Shown here piece by piece: positions 18,801 to 26,915 of a DNA stretch of 64,000 nucleotides (position 1 is its first letter; each line of letters starts with the position of its first letter). The notes under the pieces were generated by a model that saw only the letters and a program-made list of their open reading frames with translations, searched no databases and was not told where the DNA came from. The stretch comes from Vicinamibacterales bacterium. Lineage in GTDB: Bacteria > Acidobacteriota > Vicinamibacteria > Vicinamibacterales > UBA8438. The stretch lies in assembly GCA_965215155.1 (NCBI GenBank), contig CBDCCY010000002.1:559698-623697 (forward strand), read 5' to 3'. The position numbers and the translations under genes were made by a program.

Positions 18801-19583
18801 ATGACCTGGGCGGAGGCCCGCGGGGCGTTCGCCTACTACCTGCCCGACCTCCCGCTGCTCGGCGGCACGGTGCGCGACCGCGCCATGCGCTGGCTCGAGC
18901 CGGAGAACTTCGGGTACGCCCGCTTCGATCGGAACAATCCGGAGGGGTTCTACCGTCGCACCAAGAACCAGACAGGGGAAGTGGCGGCGCGCGCGGATCA
19001 GCTCGACCCGCAGTGGCGGCTGGTCATAGAGCACCCCGAAGGCGGGCGCCTCTCGGGCATGCAGGTGACGCGCGACACCGTCCTGAAGCGGGCGGCGGCC
19101 GACCAGATACGCGCCGACTGGCTCAAGCAGGGCATCCTGACGGCGGCGTTCGCCGCACGCGGCGCCGGCCTGTCCGTAGGAAGCTGCTCTTCCATCGTCG
19201 GCCCGGCGGGCGAGCGCTACGGCTGGAAGATCGGGTGGCCGGTGAGTCAGGCCTGCGCGCTTGCCCAGGAGTGGGTGCTCCTGTTCGTTCCGCTCGCCGG
19301 CGTGATGATTGTCCTCGCCTGGCGGCGCCGGGACATCGCCTCGGCCCTGCTGCTGGCGCCCATCGTCTACGGCTTCGGCATCCACGCGGTGGCGACGCAC
19401 TTCATCGAGCGCTACTCGCGGCCCCTTATCCCGGTCCTGGTGGTGGTGGCCGCGCTGGCGGCCCAGGAAGGCTGGCGCCGGTTCCAGGGCGCCCGGCAGC
19501 GGCGGCGGGCCGGCGGAGCCGGCAGCCAGCCCGCGGCCGGAGTCGGCGACCGGACACGGGCGGCCGGCGTCACCGATCGCTGA
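18801..19583 (+). CDS. membrane protein, possibly the C-terminal part of a GT-C (family 39/83-like) glycosyltransferase; possibly 5'-truncated
   Basis: ORF 18801..19583. A soluble region is followed by two C-terminal TM helices and HFIERYSRPLIPVLVVVAALA. It abuts the truncated radical SAM fragment back-to-back and is followed 10 nt later by a GT2 gene. Confidence 0.35.
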   Translation: MTWAEARGAFAYYLPDLPLLGGTVRDRAMRWLEPENFGYARFDRNNPEGFYRRTKNQTGEVAARADQLDPQWRLVIEHPEGGRLSGMQVTRDTVLKRAAADQIRADWLKQGILTAAFAARGAGLSVGSCSSIVGPAGERYGWKIGWPVSQACALAQEWVLLFVPLAGVMIVLAWRRRDIASALLLAPIVYGFGIHAVATHFIERYSRPLIPVLVVVAALAAQEGWRRFQGARQRRRAGGAGSQPAAGVGDRTRAAGVTDR

Positions 19584-19593
19584 CCCCGAGACG

Positions 19594-20529
19594 ATGTCGC
19601 AAGCATCCCATCCGGCGGGACGCCGCCCCGAATCGCTGCTGGTGATAATCCCGGCATTCAACGAGGAGGAGTCCATCGGTGAGGTGGTGGCCGGGGTCCG
19701 GGAGTGCGCCGGCCGCCTGGCCGAGTCGGGACTCCGGATGCAGGTCTGCGTCATCGACGACGGCTCCACCGACGACACGGCCGGGGCCGCGCGTACGGCC
19801 GGCGCCGATCAGGTCCTGGTCCACGGCCGCAACCTCGGGTGCGGCGCCGCCGTCCGCAGCGGGCTGCTCCACGGCCGCCAGCAAGGGGCCGACATCGCGG
19901 TCAAGCTGGACGGCGACGGCCAGCACGACCCGGCGGACATCCCCGAGCTGCTCCGTCCCATCCTCGAGGACCGCGCCGACGTCGTCTACGGGAACCGGTT
20001 CTCGCGCATCACTTACCGCATGCCCTTCGTGCGGCGCGTCGGCAACTCGCTCTTCCGCGGGTTGATGCGCTGGCTGACCCACTGGGACGTCAAGGACTCG
20101 CAGCCCGGCATGTTCGCCGTCAACGACGCCTACCTGCAGGTCTGCTTCATCCCCGGCGACTACAACTACACCCAGCAGGTGCTGCTGGACGCCTACCTGA
20201 AGGGGATGCGGTTCGACTGGGCGCCGATAGCGTTCCACCGGCGGAAGGCCGGCGAGTCGTTCGTCTCGCTCAAGTACCCGTTCAAGGTGCTGCCGCAGAT
20301 CCTGATGCTGATGGTCCTCGTCCGCCCGCTCAAGGTCTTCCTGCCGGTGGCGGCGTTCTTCCTGGCGGCCGCCGGCATCGTCTTCGTGGTGGAGCTGGCG
20401 CTCTGGTTCGCCGGGTACACGGCGCGGCCGGTCGAGAACTCCAACCTCGTGCTGGGCATGGCCATGTTCGGCCTGAACACCGGGTTCTTCGGGCTGCTCG
20501 CCGAGATCGTCGTGCGCCGCACGTCGTAG
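19594..20529 (+). CDS. family 2 glycosyltransferase (polyprenol-phosphate sugar transferase-like) with C-terminal TM helices
   Basis: Frame of ORF 19309..20529, ATG 19594. LLVIIPAFNEEESIG, VIDDGSTDDT and KLDGDGQHDP (DxD region), then two TM helices. Confidence 0.8.
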   Translation: MSQASHPAGRRPESLLVIIPAFNEEESIGEVVAGVRECAGRLAESGLRMQVCVIDDGSTDDTAGAARTAGADQVLVHGRNLGCGAAVRSGLLHGRQQGADIAVKLDGDGQHDPADIPELLRPILEDRADVVYGNRFSRITYRMPFVRRVGNSLFRGLMRWLTHWDVKDSQPGMFAVNDAYLQVCFIPGDYNYTQQVLLDAYLKGMRFDWAPIAFHRRKAGESFVSLKYPFKVLPQILMLMVLVRPLKVFLPVAAFFLAAAGIVFVVELALWFAGYTARPVENSNLVLGMAMFGLNTGFFGLLAEIVVRRTS

Positions 20530-20572
20530 GCGCATTCGCCTGAGCCCCAGCACCCACCGCCCCAGTGACCTT

Positions 20573-20599
20573 GCGCGCCCTCACGGGCGCGTTGGGAGT
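20573..20599 (+). repeat. partial copy of a dispersed REP-like element (GCGCGCCCTnnCGGGCGCGTTGGGAGT)
   Basis: Near-identical to 42956-42985 and, in inverse orientation, to 62325-62357. It sits just after the GT2 stop and is cut off by the transposase fragment. Confidence 0.6.
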
Positions 20600-20602
20600 T
20601 TC

Positions 20603-21220
20603 CTCCGAAGCTCACCTCGGCGGCGGTCCATCCCACCCGCCGCGTGACGGCGGGCGATAGCGAGGTACCGTGCAGACCCAGGGCCTGGTCGCGCGGGCAC
20701 ACCCCCTTGCGGCAGGCGTCACAGTGGTAGTAGGCGCGCTGCAGGGTCACCGGCCCCAACAGCGTGGTGAACGTCTTCGGGCGACGGCCGGCGTAGCGCG
20801 CCCGCCGGCCGCAGGCGCACGCGGTGGTCGAACCCGAATGGTCGGAATCGTCCGCGTTGCAGCGCTGCGCCATCCACTGCGCGGCGATGTCGAGGCTGCG
20901 GTGACGGACTGCCTGCTCCAGCGCTTCGAAATCCGCCGCGTCGACGGGCCCGGGACCGATGAGCGCATCGACTTCGGCCCCGATGGCGGCTACGAGCGCT
21001 GCGCCCGAGCCGCTTCCAAGGCCCGGTCCGCCGTGGCGAGCGCGCGGCGGCGAACCGTCTGCACGAACGTCTCGAAGTCCTGCGGAGTCCCGCTCCTCTG
21101 GCTCAGGAACGCGTCGAGGTCGGCTTCCACCGCCGACCGCAAGGCGGCGAACAGCTCCTTCCGGGAGCCCCCTTTTTCCGCCGCGTCAGCAATCCGTTCC
21201 GGCATCTGCGCCTCGGGCAT
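20603..21220 (-). pseudogene. ISKra4-like (zinc-ribbon type) transposase, N-terminal fragment, frameshifted and 3'-truncated
   Basis: ORF 20990..21220 (MPEAQMPERIADAAEKGG...FETFVQTVRRRAL) continues in another frame as ...FEALEQAVRHRSLDIAAQWMAQRCN...CACGRRARYAGRRPKTFTTLLGPVTLQRAYYHCDACRKGVCPRDQALGL...AAEVSF. Similarity stops at about 20603. Confidence 0.5.
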
Positions 21221-21445
21221 GGTCGGAGTCCTCCCTACCCGACGTATCGGTCGATCAGCGCTCGCTCGATACCCCGTACGGCAAGACCCTCAACTTTCTT
21301 GTCGTGCACCCAGGAGGCGGACGGGGAAGAGGCAGAAGCATGGGAGGATCGAGGGATCGCGGACAATCAGATGGGGGCACGGACGGAGAACAGGCCGGAG
21401 GCGGAGAGCACGGACGACACGATGCGCAGCAGGGCAGCGACGGTG

Positions 21446-21775
21446 AGAGTGTGATCCAACCTGTCGTCTGATCACAACAAGGACCGAGGCGAACTTACAC
21501 CGATGATGCCGCAGTAAGGGTGTAAGGAGGACAGGCGGCCGAACTTACACTTCCAGTCACACCTGAACTTACACCCGGCAACCAGCCAAGTCGTTTCCTA
21601 TCAACAGATTCCCACATCACAGACCCACCCCCACGTGCAGACAAAAGGGTCGGGTGGGAGTAGGGGAGCGACCACGCGGAAACCTGGCGGTTTCCGGCCC
21701 CCGCCGGTGCTCCTCCGTCACACCTGCGGGGTCGCGGTCGCTCCCCTTGAAATTGTCCCTCCAGGAAGGGTGAGA
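21446..21775 (+). repeat. repeat X, uninterrupted copy (X-A): hairpin, AACTTACAC iterons and an 84-nt multi-hairpin block
   Basis: Matches 26696-26848 plus 29678-29852 at most positions by eye. Contains TGTGATC-N13-GATCACA (21450-21476), AACTTACAC at 21492, 21542 and 21566, and an inverted GTGTAAG at 21520. Confidence 0.8.
21663..21746 (+). other. 84-nt structured block inside X-A (outer 11-bp stem enclosing two hairpins); function unknown
   Basis: GGGGAGCGACC...GGTCGCTCCCC outer stem. Inner GGAAACC-tggc-GGTTTCC hairpin. Inner CCCCGC...GCGGGG hairpin. The paralogous block is 29744-29827, where the third stem is a perfect 12 bp. Confidence 0.4.
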
Positions 21776-22321
21776 ACCTGCCGTCTCCGCCGGCCGGCCG
21801 GCTCGCGTCGCTCGCCAGCGTCGGGCCATGAACGCTGCCCCGCCTGCGGCGCTCTCCGGCAGCGCGTGCAGGTCGGGCGGAGCCGGCCGGCGGCTTCCAC
21901 CAGAGGCGGGTAGCTACGGGACGGCCGGCGTGTCAACGCGCTTCGCACGTTCTCCGCTGCGCTTCGACCCTGTCGGGTGACACACCGTCCGCCCCTCCGC
22001 TCAGACAGCCGTTGTGGGCCTTGCGGCCCGGCCTGGACGGGAACCGTCCCGTCGTCCCACTCGGCTCGCCCGCGGATGGACCCCCGATGCGGAAAAATGC
22101 GGGCGGCGAGATTTTTCTTTGCCCGTGCAGGTCGCTTCATAGAGTGCGGAAAGGTGCTCATCCGGTCCTGTCCAGTCTCAGCAGGTCGGAAGGCGCCCAG
22201 AAGGGTCTAATCCGTGCAAAGTGCTGCATTGCATGGGTTTGCGCTGTTTGTGGTACGTTGTTCTCCGAACCGCGGGGCGTGATATCGCCGCGCAATCCCG
22301 CCATCTCAAGGAGGGCTGAAG

Positions 22322-22570
22322 ATGACCACGAACCGAGACTTCACCCGCCGGCGTGCGAGCGTCGGAAACCCCCTGCCCAGGCTGCTCACCCTGCGCGACG
22401 TGACCGAGCTGACGGCCCTGTCCCGCTCGGCCGTCTACGCGCTGATGAGCGAGTCCAGGTTCCCGAAGCCGCTCCGCGTCGGCAGCCGCGCCGTCCGGTG
22501 GGTCGAGCACGAGGTGCTCGACTTCATCGCCACCCGCCCCCGCGCCGGCTCGGAGCGGCCCACTCGGTAA
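22322..22570 (+). CDS. AlpA-family HTH regulator/excisionase
   Basis: ORF 22322..22570 preceded by AAGGAGGG. LLTLRDVTELTALSRSAVYALMSESRFPKPLRVGSRAVRWVEHEVLDFI matches the AlpA/prophage CP4-57 regulator pattern. Confidence 0.8.
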   Translation: MTTNRDFTRRRASVGNPLPRLLTLRDVTELTALSRSAVYALMSESRFPKPLRVGSRAVRWVEHEVLDFIATRPRAGSERPTR

Positions 22571-22575
22571 CGGCC

Positions 22576-24477
22576 ATGCTCGACCTGCTCGACCGCCTGG
22601 AGGGCGTCAGGGAGTCGGGTGCGGGCTGGACCGCGCGATGCCCGGCGCATGCCGACCGCCGGGCATCGCTCGCGGTCGGCCGCGGCGACGACGGCCGCTG
22701 GCTCCTGAAGTGCCACGCCGGCTGCGCGTTCGGCGCCGTCGTCGGCGCGCTCGGCATCGACGCCCGCGACCTCTTCCCCTCGAACGGACACCGCCACCCG
22801 CCCGCGCGGCGGGAGGCGGCCGTCTACGACTACGACGGCGTGTTCGAGGTGGTCCGCTACGAGCCGAAGGACTTCCGGCAGCGGCGGCCGGACGGGCGAG
22901 GCGGCTACCTGTGGAACCTCGACGGCATCACGCCGCGGCTCTATCGCCTGAACGACCTGGCCGGCCGCGATGCGGCCGTCGTGGTCGAGGGCGAGAAGGA
23001 CGTGGACCGGCTGTGGTCGCTCGACCTGCCGGCGACCTGCAACGCGGGCGGAGCCGGCCAGTGGAGGTCCACGCATGCCGAGCAGCTCAAGGTTGCCGGC
23101 GTGCGGTCGGTGGTCGTCGTTCCCGATGCCGACGACGCGGGCCGGAGACATGGTCAGGCGGTTGCGCGAGCGTGCGCAGCGGCCGGACTGCGGGCGCGGA
23201 TCGCCGCGCTGCCCGACGGACCCAAGGACATCTGCGCGTACCTTGACGACGGTCACGACAAGCGCGAGCTGGCGGAGGTGATCGCCGCTGCCGAGTCGTA
23301 CGACGGGGCCGCCGACCTGCCGGCCGGGGTCGTGCGGTTGAGTGACGCCGATGTCGAGGGTACGGCGGCCGAGGGACCGCCGGCCGTCGCGCGGCTGATC
23401 GCCCACGCGGGGCGGGTCACGTTGCTGCACGCGCGGGAGAAGGCCGGCAAGAGCACGCTGATCGGCGCCGCGGTGGCCGCCGTCACCCGCGGGCGGTCGT
23501 TCCTGGGCATGCCCACCGTTGCGGGCGACGTGCTGTGGGTCGGCGAGGAGGCGGCCTCGGATGTCAAGGCGCGGCTGTTCCAGTGGGACGCGGACCTGGA
23601 ACGGGTGTACTTCGTCGGCCGGCCGAGCCGGGACCTGGAGCACGAGGCGTCGCTGCGACGGCTGGTCGAGCGGCTGCGGCCGGTGTGGGTCGTCATCGAC
23701 ACCTGGTCGCACTACCTCCAGGTCCATCGCGTGAAGGACACGGCCGGCCCCGGCGAGCAGGGGCTGCTGATCGGCGAGGTCGTCAGTCTGGCCCGCGAGT
23801 CCGGGTCGGCGTTCGCCGTCTCGCACCACAACCGGAAGAACCCCAGCGCCAGCGCCGAGTCCGGCGACGCGGAGGGCGAGTACCGGGACTCGACGGCGAT
23901 CGGCGCGGCCGTGGACATGATCGTGTCGTTGAGCCGGGCGAAGATGCCGCGGGCGCGGCGCCTCACGCCGTCCGGCCGCTGGCCCGAGGAGCCGCTGACC
24001 GTCGTCCTCGAGCCGGGCGTCGGCTACGAGCTGGCGCCGGACCTGGAGGAGGACGAACAGGCCCGTGCGGACGGCAAGCCGCCGGCCCGCCCGCTCCCGG
24101 AACGCGCGCTGCTGCACCTGCTCCGGTGCGATCCGCTGGCCCGGCCTCATGCGAGCACCCTGGCCGACGCGCTCGATTGCAGCGGACGGCGGTACCAGGA
24201 CCTGCGCGCGGCGCTCGATGCGCTGCTCGACGACGGGCTCGTCGACCACGCCCAGCGCCCTGGCGCGACGAAGCAGCGGGACCGGGGCTACGCACTGACC
24301 GCCGAAGGCCGCGAGCGGGCCGAGGCTCTCCGCGACCAGTCGATTTCCGCGATTTCCACCAAGGGAAACGGGGCGGAAACGCTCGGGAACACGCCGGGAA
24401 ATCCAACTCGATTTCCATTTCCGCGATTTCCCCCCCAGGGGGTGGGCGGAAATGGAAATGGAAATCGAACTGCTTGA
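22576..24477 (+). CDS. bifunctional primase (zinc-binding + Toprim) / RecA-like AAA (RepA/AAA_25-type) replication protein
   Basis: Frame of ORF 22012..24477, ATG 22576, 5 nt after the alpA stop. CPAHADRRASL...KCHAGC; Toprim VVVEGEKDVD...VVPDADDAGRRHG; P-loop-like AREKAGKSTL. The last about 45 codons run through the iteron array. Confidence 0.75.
   Translation: MLDLLDRLEGVRESGAGWTARCPAHADRRASLAVGRGDDGRWLLKCHAGCAFGAVVGALGIDARDLFPSNGHRHPPARREAAVYDYDGVFEVVRYEPKDFRQRRPDGRGGYLWNLDGITPRLYRLNDLAGRDAAVVVEGEKDVDRLWSLDLPATCNAGGAGQWRSTHAEQLKVAGVRSVVVVPDADDAGRRHGQAVARACAAAGLRARIAALPDGPKDICAYLDDGHDKRELAEVIAAAESYDGAADLPAGVVRLSDADVEGTAAEGPPAVARLIAHAGRVTLLHAREKAGKSTLIGAAVAAVTRGRSFLGMPTVAGDVLWVGEEAASDVKARLFQWDADLERVYFVGRPSRDLEHEASLRRLVERLRPVWVVIDTWSHYLQVHRVKDTAGPGEQGLLIGEVVSLARESGSAFAVSHHNRKNPSASAESGDAEGEYRDSTAIGAAVDMIVSLSRAKMPRARRLTPSGRWPEEPLTVVLEPGVGYELAPDLEEDEQARADGKPPARPLPERALLHLLRCDPLARPHASTLADALDCSGRRYQDLRAALDALLDDGLVDHAQRPGATKQRDRGYALTAEGRERAEALRDQSISAISTKGNGAETLGNTPGNPTRFPFPRFPPQGVGGNGNGNRTA
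24335..24470. repeat. iteron-like array of GATTTCC/GGAAAT(C) motifs ending in a 59-bp imperfect palindrome (24409-24467) with a C7/G5 centre
   Basis: CGATTTCCATTTCCGCGATTTCCCCCCCAGGGGGTGGGCGGAAATGGAAATGGAAATCG, with at least 10 motif copies across the interval. Lies between the convergent primase and integrase genes. Confidence 0.75.
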
Positions 24478-24536
24478 GGGTCGATCTCTGGGCGGAGTCG
24501 GGGGCCACGGACCCCACGTCACGGAATCGGAATCCG

Positions 24537-25784
24537 TCACCGGCGCAGGGGGATGACCTGCCCCCGCTCCTCACCGAGATAGGCGCCCCAATCGTCCATG
24601 AGGCGTCGGCGGCGCGCGAACAGGTCGGACCGCGCGTAGGCCGCCTCGACCTGATTCCGCACCTTGTGGGCCAGCGCCGCCTCGACGACCTCACGCGGGT
24701 GGTCGGTCTCTTCGGCCGCCCAGTCCCGGAAGCTGGACCTGAAGCCATGCGGCACCGCCGCGATGCCCAGGTCCCGGATGAGCTTCGAGACCGCGGCGTC
24801 ATCGAGCGCCTTCCCGCGGACGCTCGGAAAGACCAGCCCGGCGAACTCGGGCCGGGTCGCGACGCCGCGGAGCTGCTCCGACTCGCGCAGGACCCCGGCC
24901 GCCCGGCCGCACAGCGGCACCCGGTGCTCGCGTTGCGCCTTCATCCGCGCCGCCGGAACCGTCCACACCCGCGCGACAAGGTCGACCTCGTCCCACGTCG
25001 CCCCCCGCGCCTCGCCGGACCTCGCGGCCGTCAACACGAGAAACTCGAAGGCCAGCTTCGTCCCGAGCCACGCATCCGAGCGCTGAACGGCCGCAACCGC
25101 GGCGGCGACCTCGCCGTGCGGCAGCGCCGCCCGGTGCTGCACGAGCACGGGACGCTTCGGCAGCGCCGCCGTGACCGCGTCGCCGGCTGGATTGTCGCTG
25201 CGGTAGCCCTGCGCGATGGCCCACCGCATGACCGTGCCGATGCGATGGCGCACCGACCGCGCCATCGCGTGCTTGCGCGTCCAGATGGGCAGCAGGACCG
25301 TCATGACGTCGGCCGTCGTCACCTGGTCGACGCTCTTGCCGCCGAGGTGCGGAAGCACATGGTCGCGCAGGCTCGCCCGCCACTGCTTCGGGGTCTTGCC
25401 GGCCCGCCACGCCTCCCCGTGGATGGCGATCACCTGCTCGACCGCCTCCTCGAACGTCGGGATCCCCTCGGAGCGGCGCCGGTCCGCGAGCGGGTCTCCG
25501 CCCTCGCGGGCGGCCTTGCGGTTGGCGAGCGCCTTCTCGCGGGCCTCGGCCAACGACACCAGCGCGTAGCTGCCGAGACCGAGCGCGCGGGACCGCCCGC
25601 GGATGACCAGCCGTTGCACCCAGCGGCGCGCCCCGGACGGGTCGACGTGCAGATAGAGGCCATTCCCGTCAGCGTAGCGGCCCGCCTCGGCGACCGAACG
25701 GCAGAAGGCGGCGGAGAGCGCCTTGTCGGGATGGCGGCCCCTGCGCTTGGTGGCTCGGGGTTTCCTGGGCAGGTCCATCGTCAT
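24537..25784 (-). CDS. int: P4-type tyrosine integrase (DUF4102-like N-terminus + phage integrase catalytic domain)
   Basis: ORF 24537..25784. GNGLYLHVDPSGARRWVQRLVIRGR (arm-binding type N-terminus). Catalytic LTAARSGEARGATWDEVDL, HGFRSSFRDWAAE and VEAAYARSD. Confidence 0.88.
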   Translation of the reverse strand: MTMDLPRKPRATKRRGRHPDKALSAAFCRSVAEAGRYADGNGLYLHVDPSGARRWVQRLVIRGRSRALGLGSYALVSLAEAREKALANRKAAREGGDPLADRRRSEGIPTFEEAVEQVIAIHGEAWRAGKTPKQWRASLRDHVLPHLGGKSVDQVTTADVMTVLLPIWTRKHAMARSVRHRIGTVMRWAIAQGYRSDNPAGDAVTAALPKRPVLVQHRAALPHGEVAAAVAAVQRSDAWLGTKLAFEFLVLTAARSGEARGATWDEVDLVARVWTVPAARMKAQREHRVPLCGRAAGVLRESEQLRGVATRPEFAGLVFPSVRGKALDDAAVSKLIRDLGIAAVPHGFRSSFRDWAAEETDHPREVVEAALAHKVRNQVEAAYARSDLFARRRRLMDDWGAYLGEERGQVIPLRR

Positions 25785-25916
25785 CTATCCCATTCCCAAT
25801 TCTCTCGCGGAATATAGCGAAAGTGTGGAGACGGGTCAAGACGACGGAGCGGGAGTAGTGGCCTTTTACTACGGTATTCAGTGCGTATTTCGCAGCACGG
25901 CGCGGAACGGCGCTGG

Positions 25917-26117
25917 ATGGCGAAAGTCGGCTTTCGGTCCTCGTTCCGGGACTGGGCGGCCGAGAAGACCGACCATCCGCGCGAGGTCATCGAGGCGGCG
26001 CTGGCGCACGCGGTCGGCAACAAGGTCGAGGCGGCGTACGCAAGGTCGGACCTGTTCGAGCGGCGGCGGACTCTGATGAACGACTGGGCGGCCTACGTCG
26101 ATCGGGGTCGGCCGTGA
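25917..26117 (+). pseudogene. C-terminal remnant of a second, related integrase gene in inverted orientation
   Basis: Part of ORF 25881..26117. KVGFRSSFRDWAAEKTDHPREVIEAALAHAVGNKVEAAYARSDLFERRRTLMNDWAAYV parallels the last about 65 residues of the intact integrase. Diverged at DNA level (roughly four fifths identical by eye). Confidence 0.75.
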
Positions 26118-26147
26118 TGGCGATCAGCGAGTTGGCCACGACCGCCG

Positions 26148-26295
26148 CGGTTCGATTTCCATTTCCATTTCCGCCCACCCCCCAGGGGGGAAATCGTGGA
26201 AATGGAAATCGAGTTGCGCTTCCCGTCGAGTTCCGGTGCGCTTCCGGCCTGTTTCCATTGGGGAAATCGAGGAAATCGCCTGGCGAGGCGAACCA
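26148..26295. repeat. inverted second copy of the iteron array/palindrome (palindrome 26153-26211)
   Basis: GTTCGATTTCCATTTCCATTTCCGCCCACCCCCCAGGGGGGAAATCGTGGAAATGGAAATCGAGTT is the near-exact reverse complement of 24404-24470. Further GGAAATCG/GTTTCC motifs continue to about 26295. Confidence 0.75.
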
Positions 26296-26473
26296 CACCG
26301 GCCGCCGGCGTGGTGTTGGGGCAACTACGGGCCGGAAGCCAGCTTCCGGCCCGTGGACGGACCGGCAGCCCACCACGTCCCTCGAACCCACGGTCGAACA
26401 CGGCAGCTCCGAGCCCTCGGGTACAGTGGGTCCAGTGATACGAGCCAGAGCAGCGGAACGGAGTCGCGGAGAT

Positions 26474-26530
26474 GCGTTTACCGTTTACGCGTTTCCACCC
26501 CCCCCTGTGGAAACGGTAAACGCGTAAACG
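26474..26530. repeat. second palindrome built from GTTTAC(C/G) units around a C-run
   Basis: GCGTTTACCGTTTACGCGTTTCCACCCCCCCCTGTGGAAACGGTAAACGCGTAAACGG. Same architecture as the GGAAAT palindrome (repeat arms, homopolymer centre). Confidence 0.6.
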
Positions 26531-26695
26531 GATGGGAGGCGCCGCCTCGGCGAGCGCAAGACTCGTGCTACCGATCCGGTTGGGAGACGACGGTCACGGA
26601 GATCAACGGGAACGGACGCGGCGAACGTGACGGAGACCGGGCGCGGGATGAGAATCGAGGTCACGAAGGGACGACGATGGAGACTGGGAACGGGA

Positions 26696-26848
26696 CGAGA
26701 GTGTGATCCACTCCGCGGCCCGATCACAGCCAGGACCGAGGCGAACTTACACCGATGGTGCCGCAGTAAGGGTGTAAGGAGGATAGGCGGCCGAACTTAC
26801 ACCCCCAGTCACACCTCAACTTACACTCGATAACCAGCCAAGTCCTTT
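26696..26848 (+). repeat. repeat X, copy B, left part (ends at the ISKra4-like insertion)
   Basis: Collinear with 21446-21597 of X-A, including the hairpin (26702-26728) and three AACTTACAC iterons. Terminates in AAGTCCTTT, the duplicated target. Confidence 0.8.
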
Positions 26849-26915
26849 GGGTGCGGCTCTTCTTCGTCGGCGGTCCAGAGATGTCCAAGGGTTGCTGCGA
26901 GCAGCAGGGCAAGAG

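Noticed and set aside
21663-21746. The 84-nt hairpin block of repeat X as a known small RNA (tRNA-like, SRP RNA, tmRNA, 6S, retron msr/msd)
   Set aside because: No conserved motifs of these families (T-loop, SRP GGAA/AGCA region, tmRNA tag) and no reverse transcriptase nearby. Left as unknown.
22012-22575. Upstream 188 codons of the 821-aa primase ORF
   Set aside because: They overlap the separately framed alpA gene and the AT-richer regulatory region. ATG 22576, just after the alpA stop, gives a sensible zinc-motif N-terminus.
24335-24470. Short repeated GGAAAT/GATTTCC motifs as a CRISPR array
   Set aside because: The units are 6-7 bp without unique spacers, are arranged as a palindrome, and no cas genes are present.
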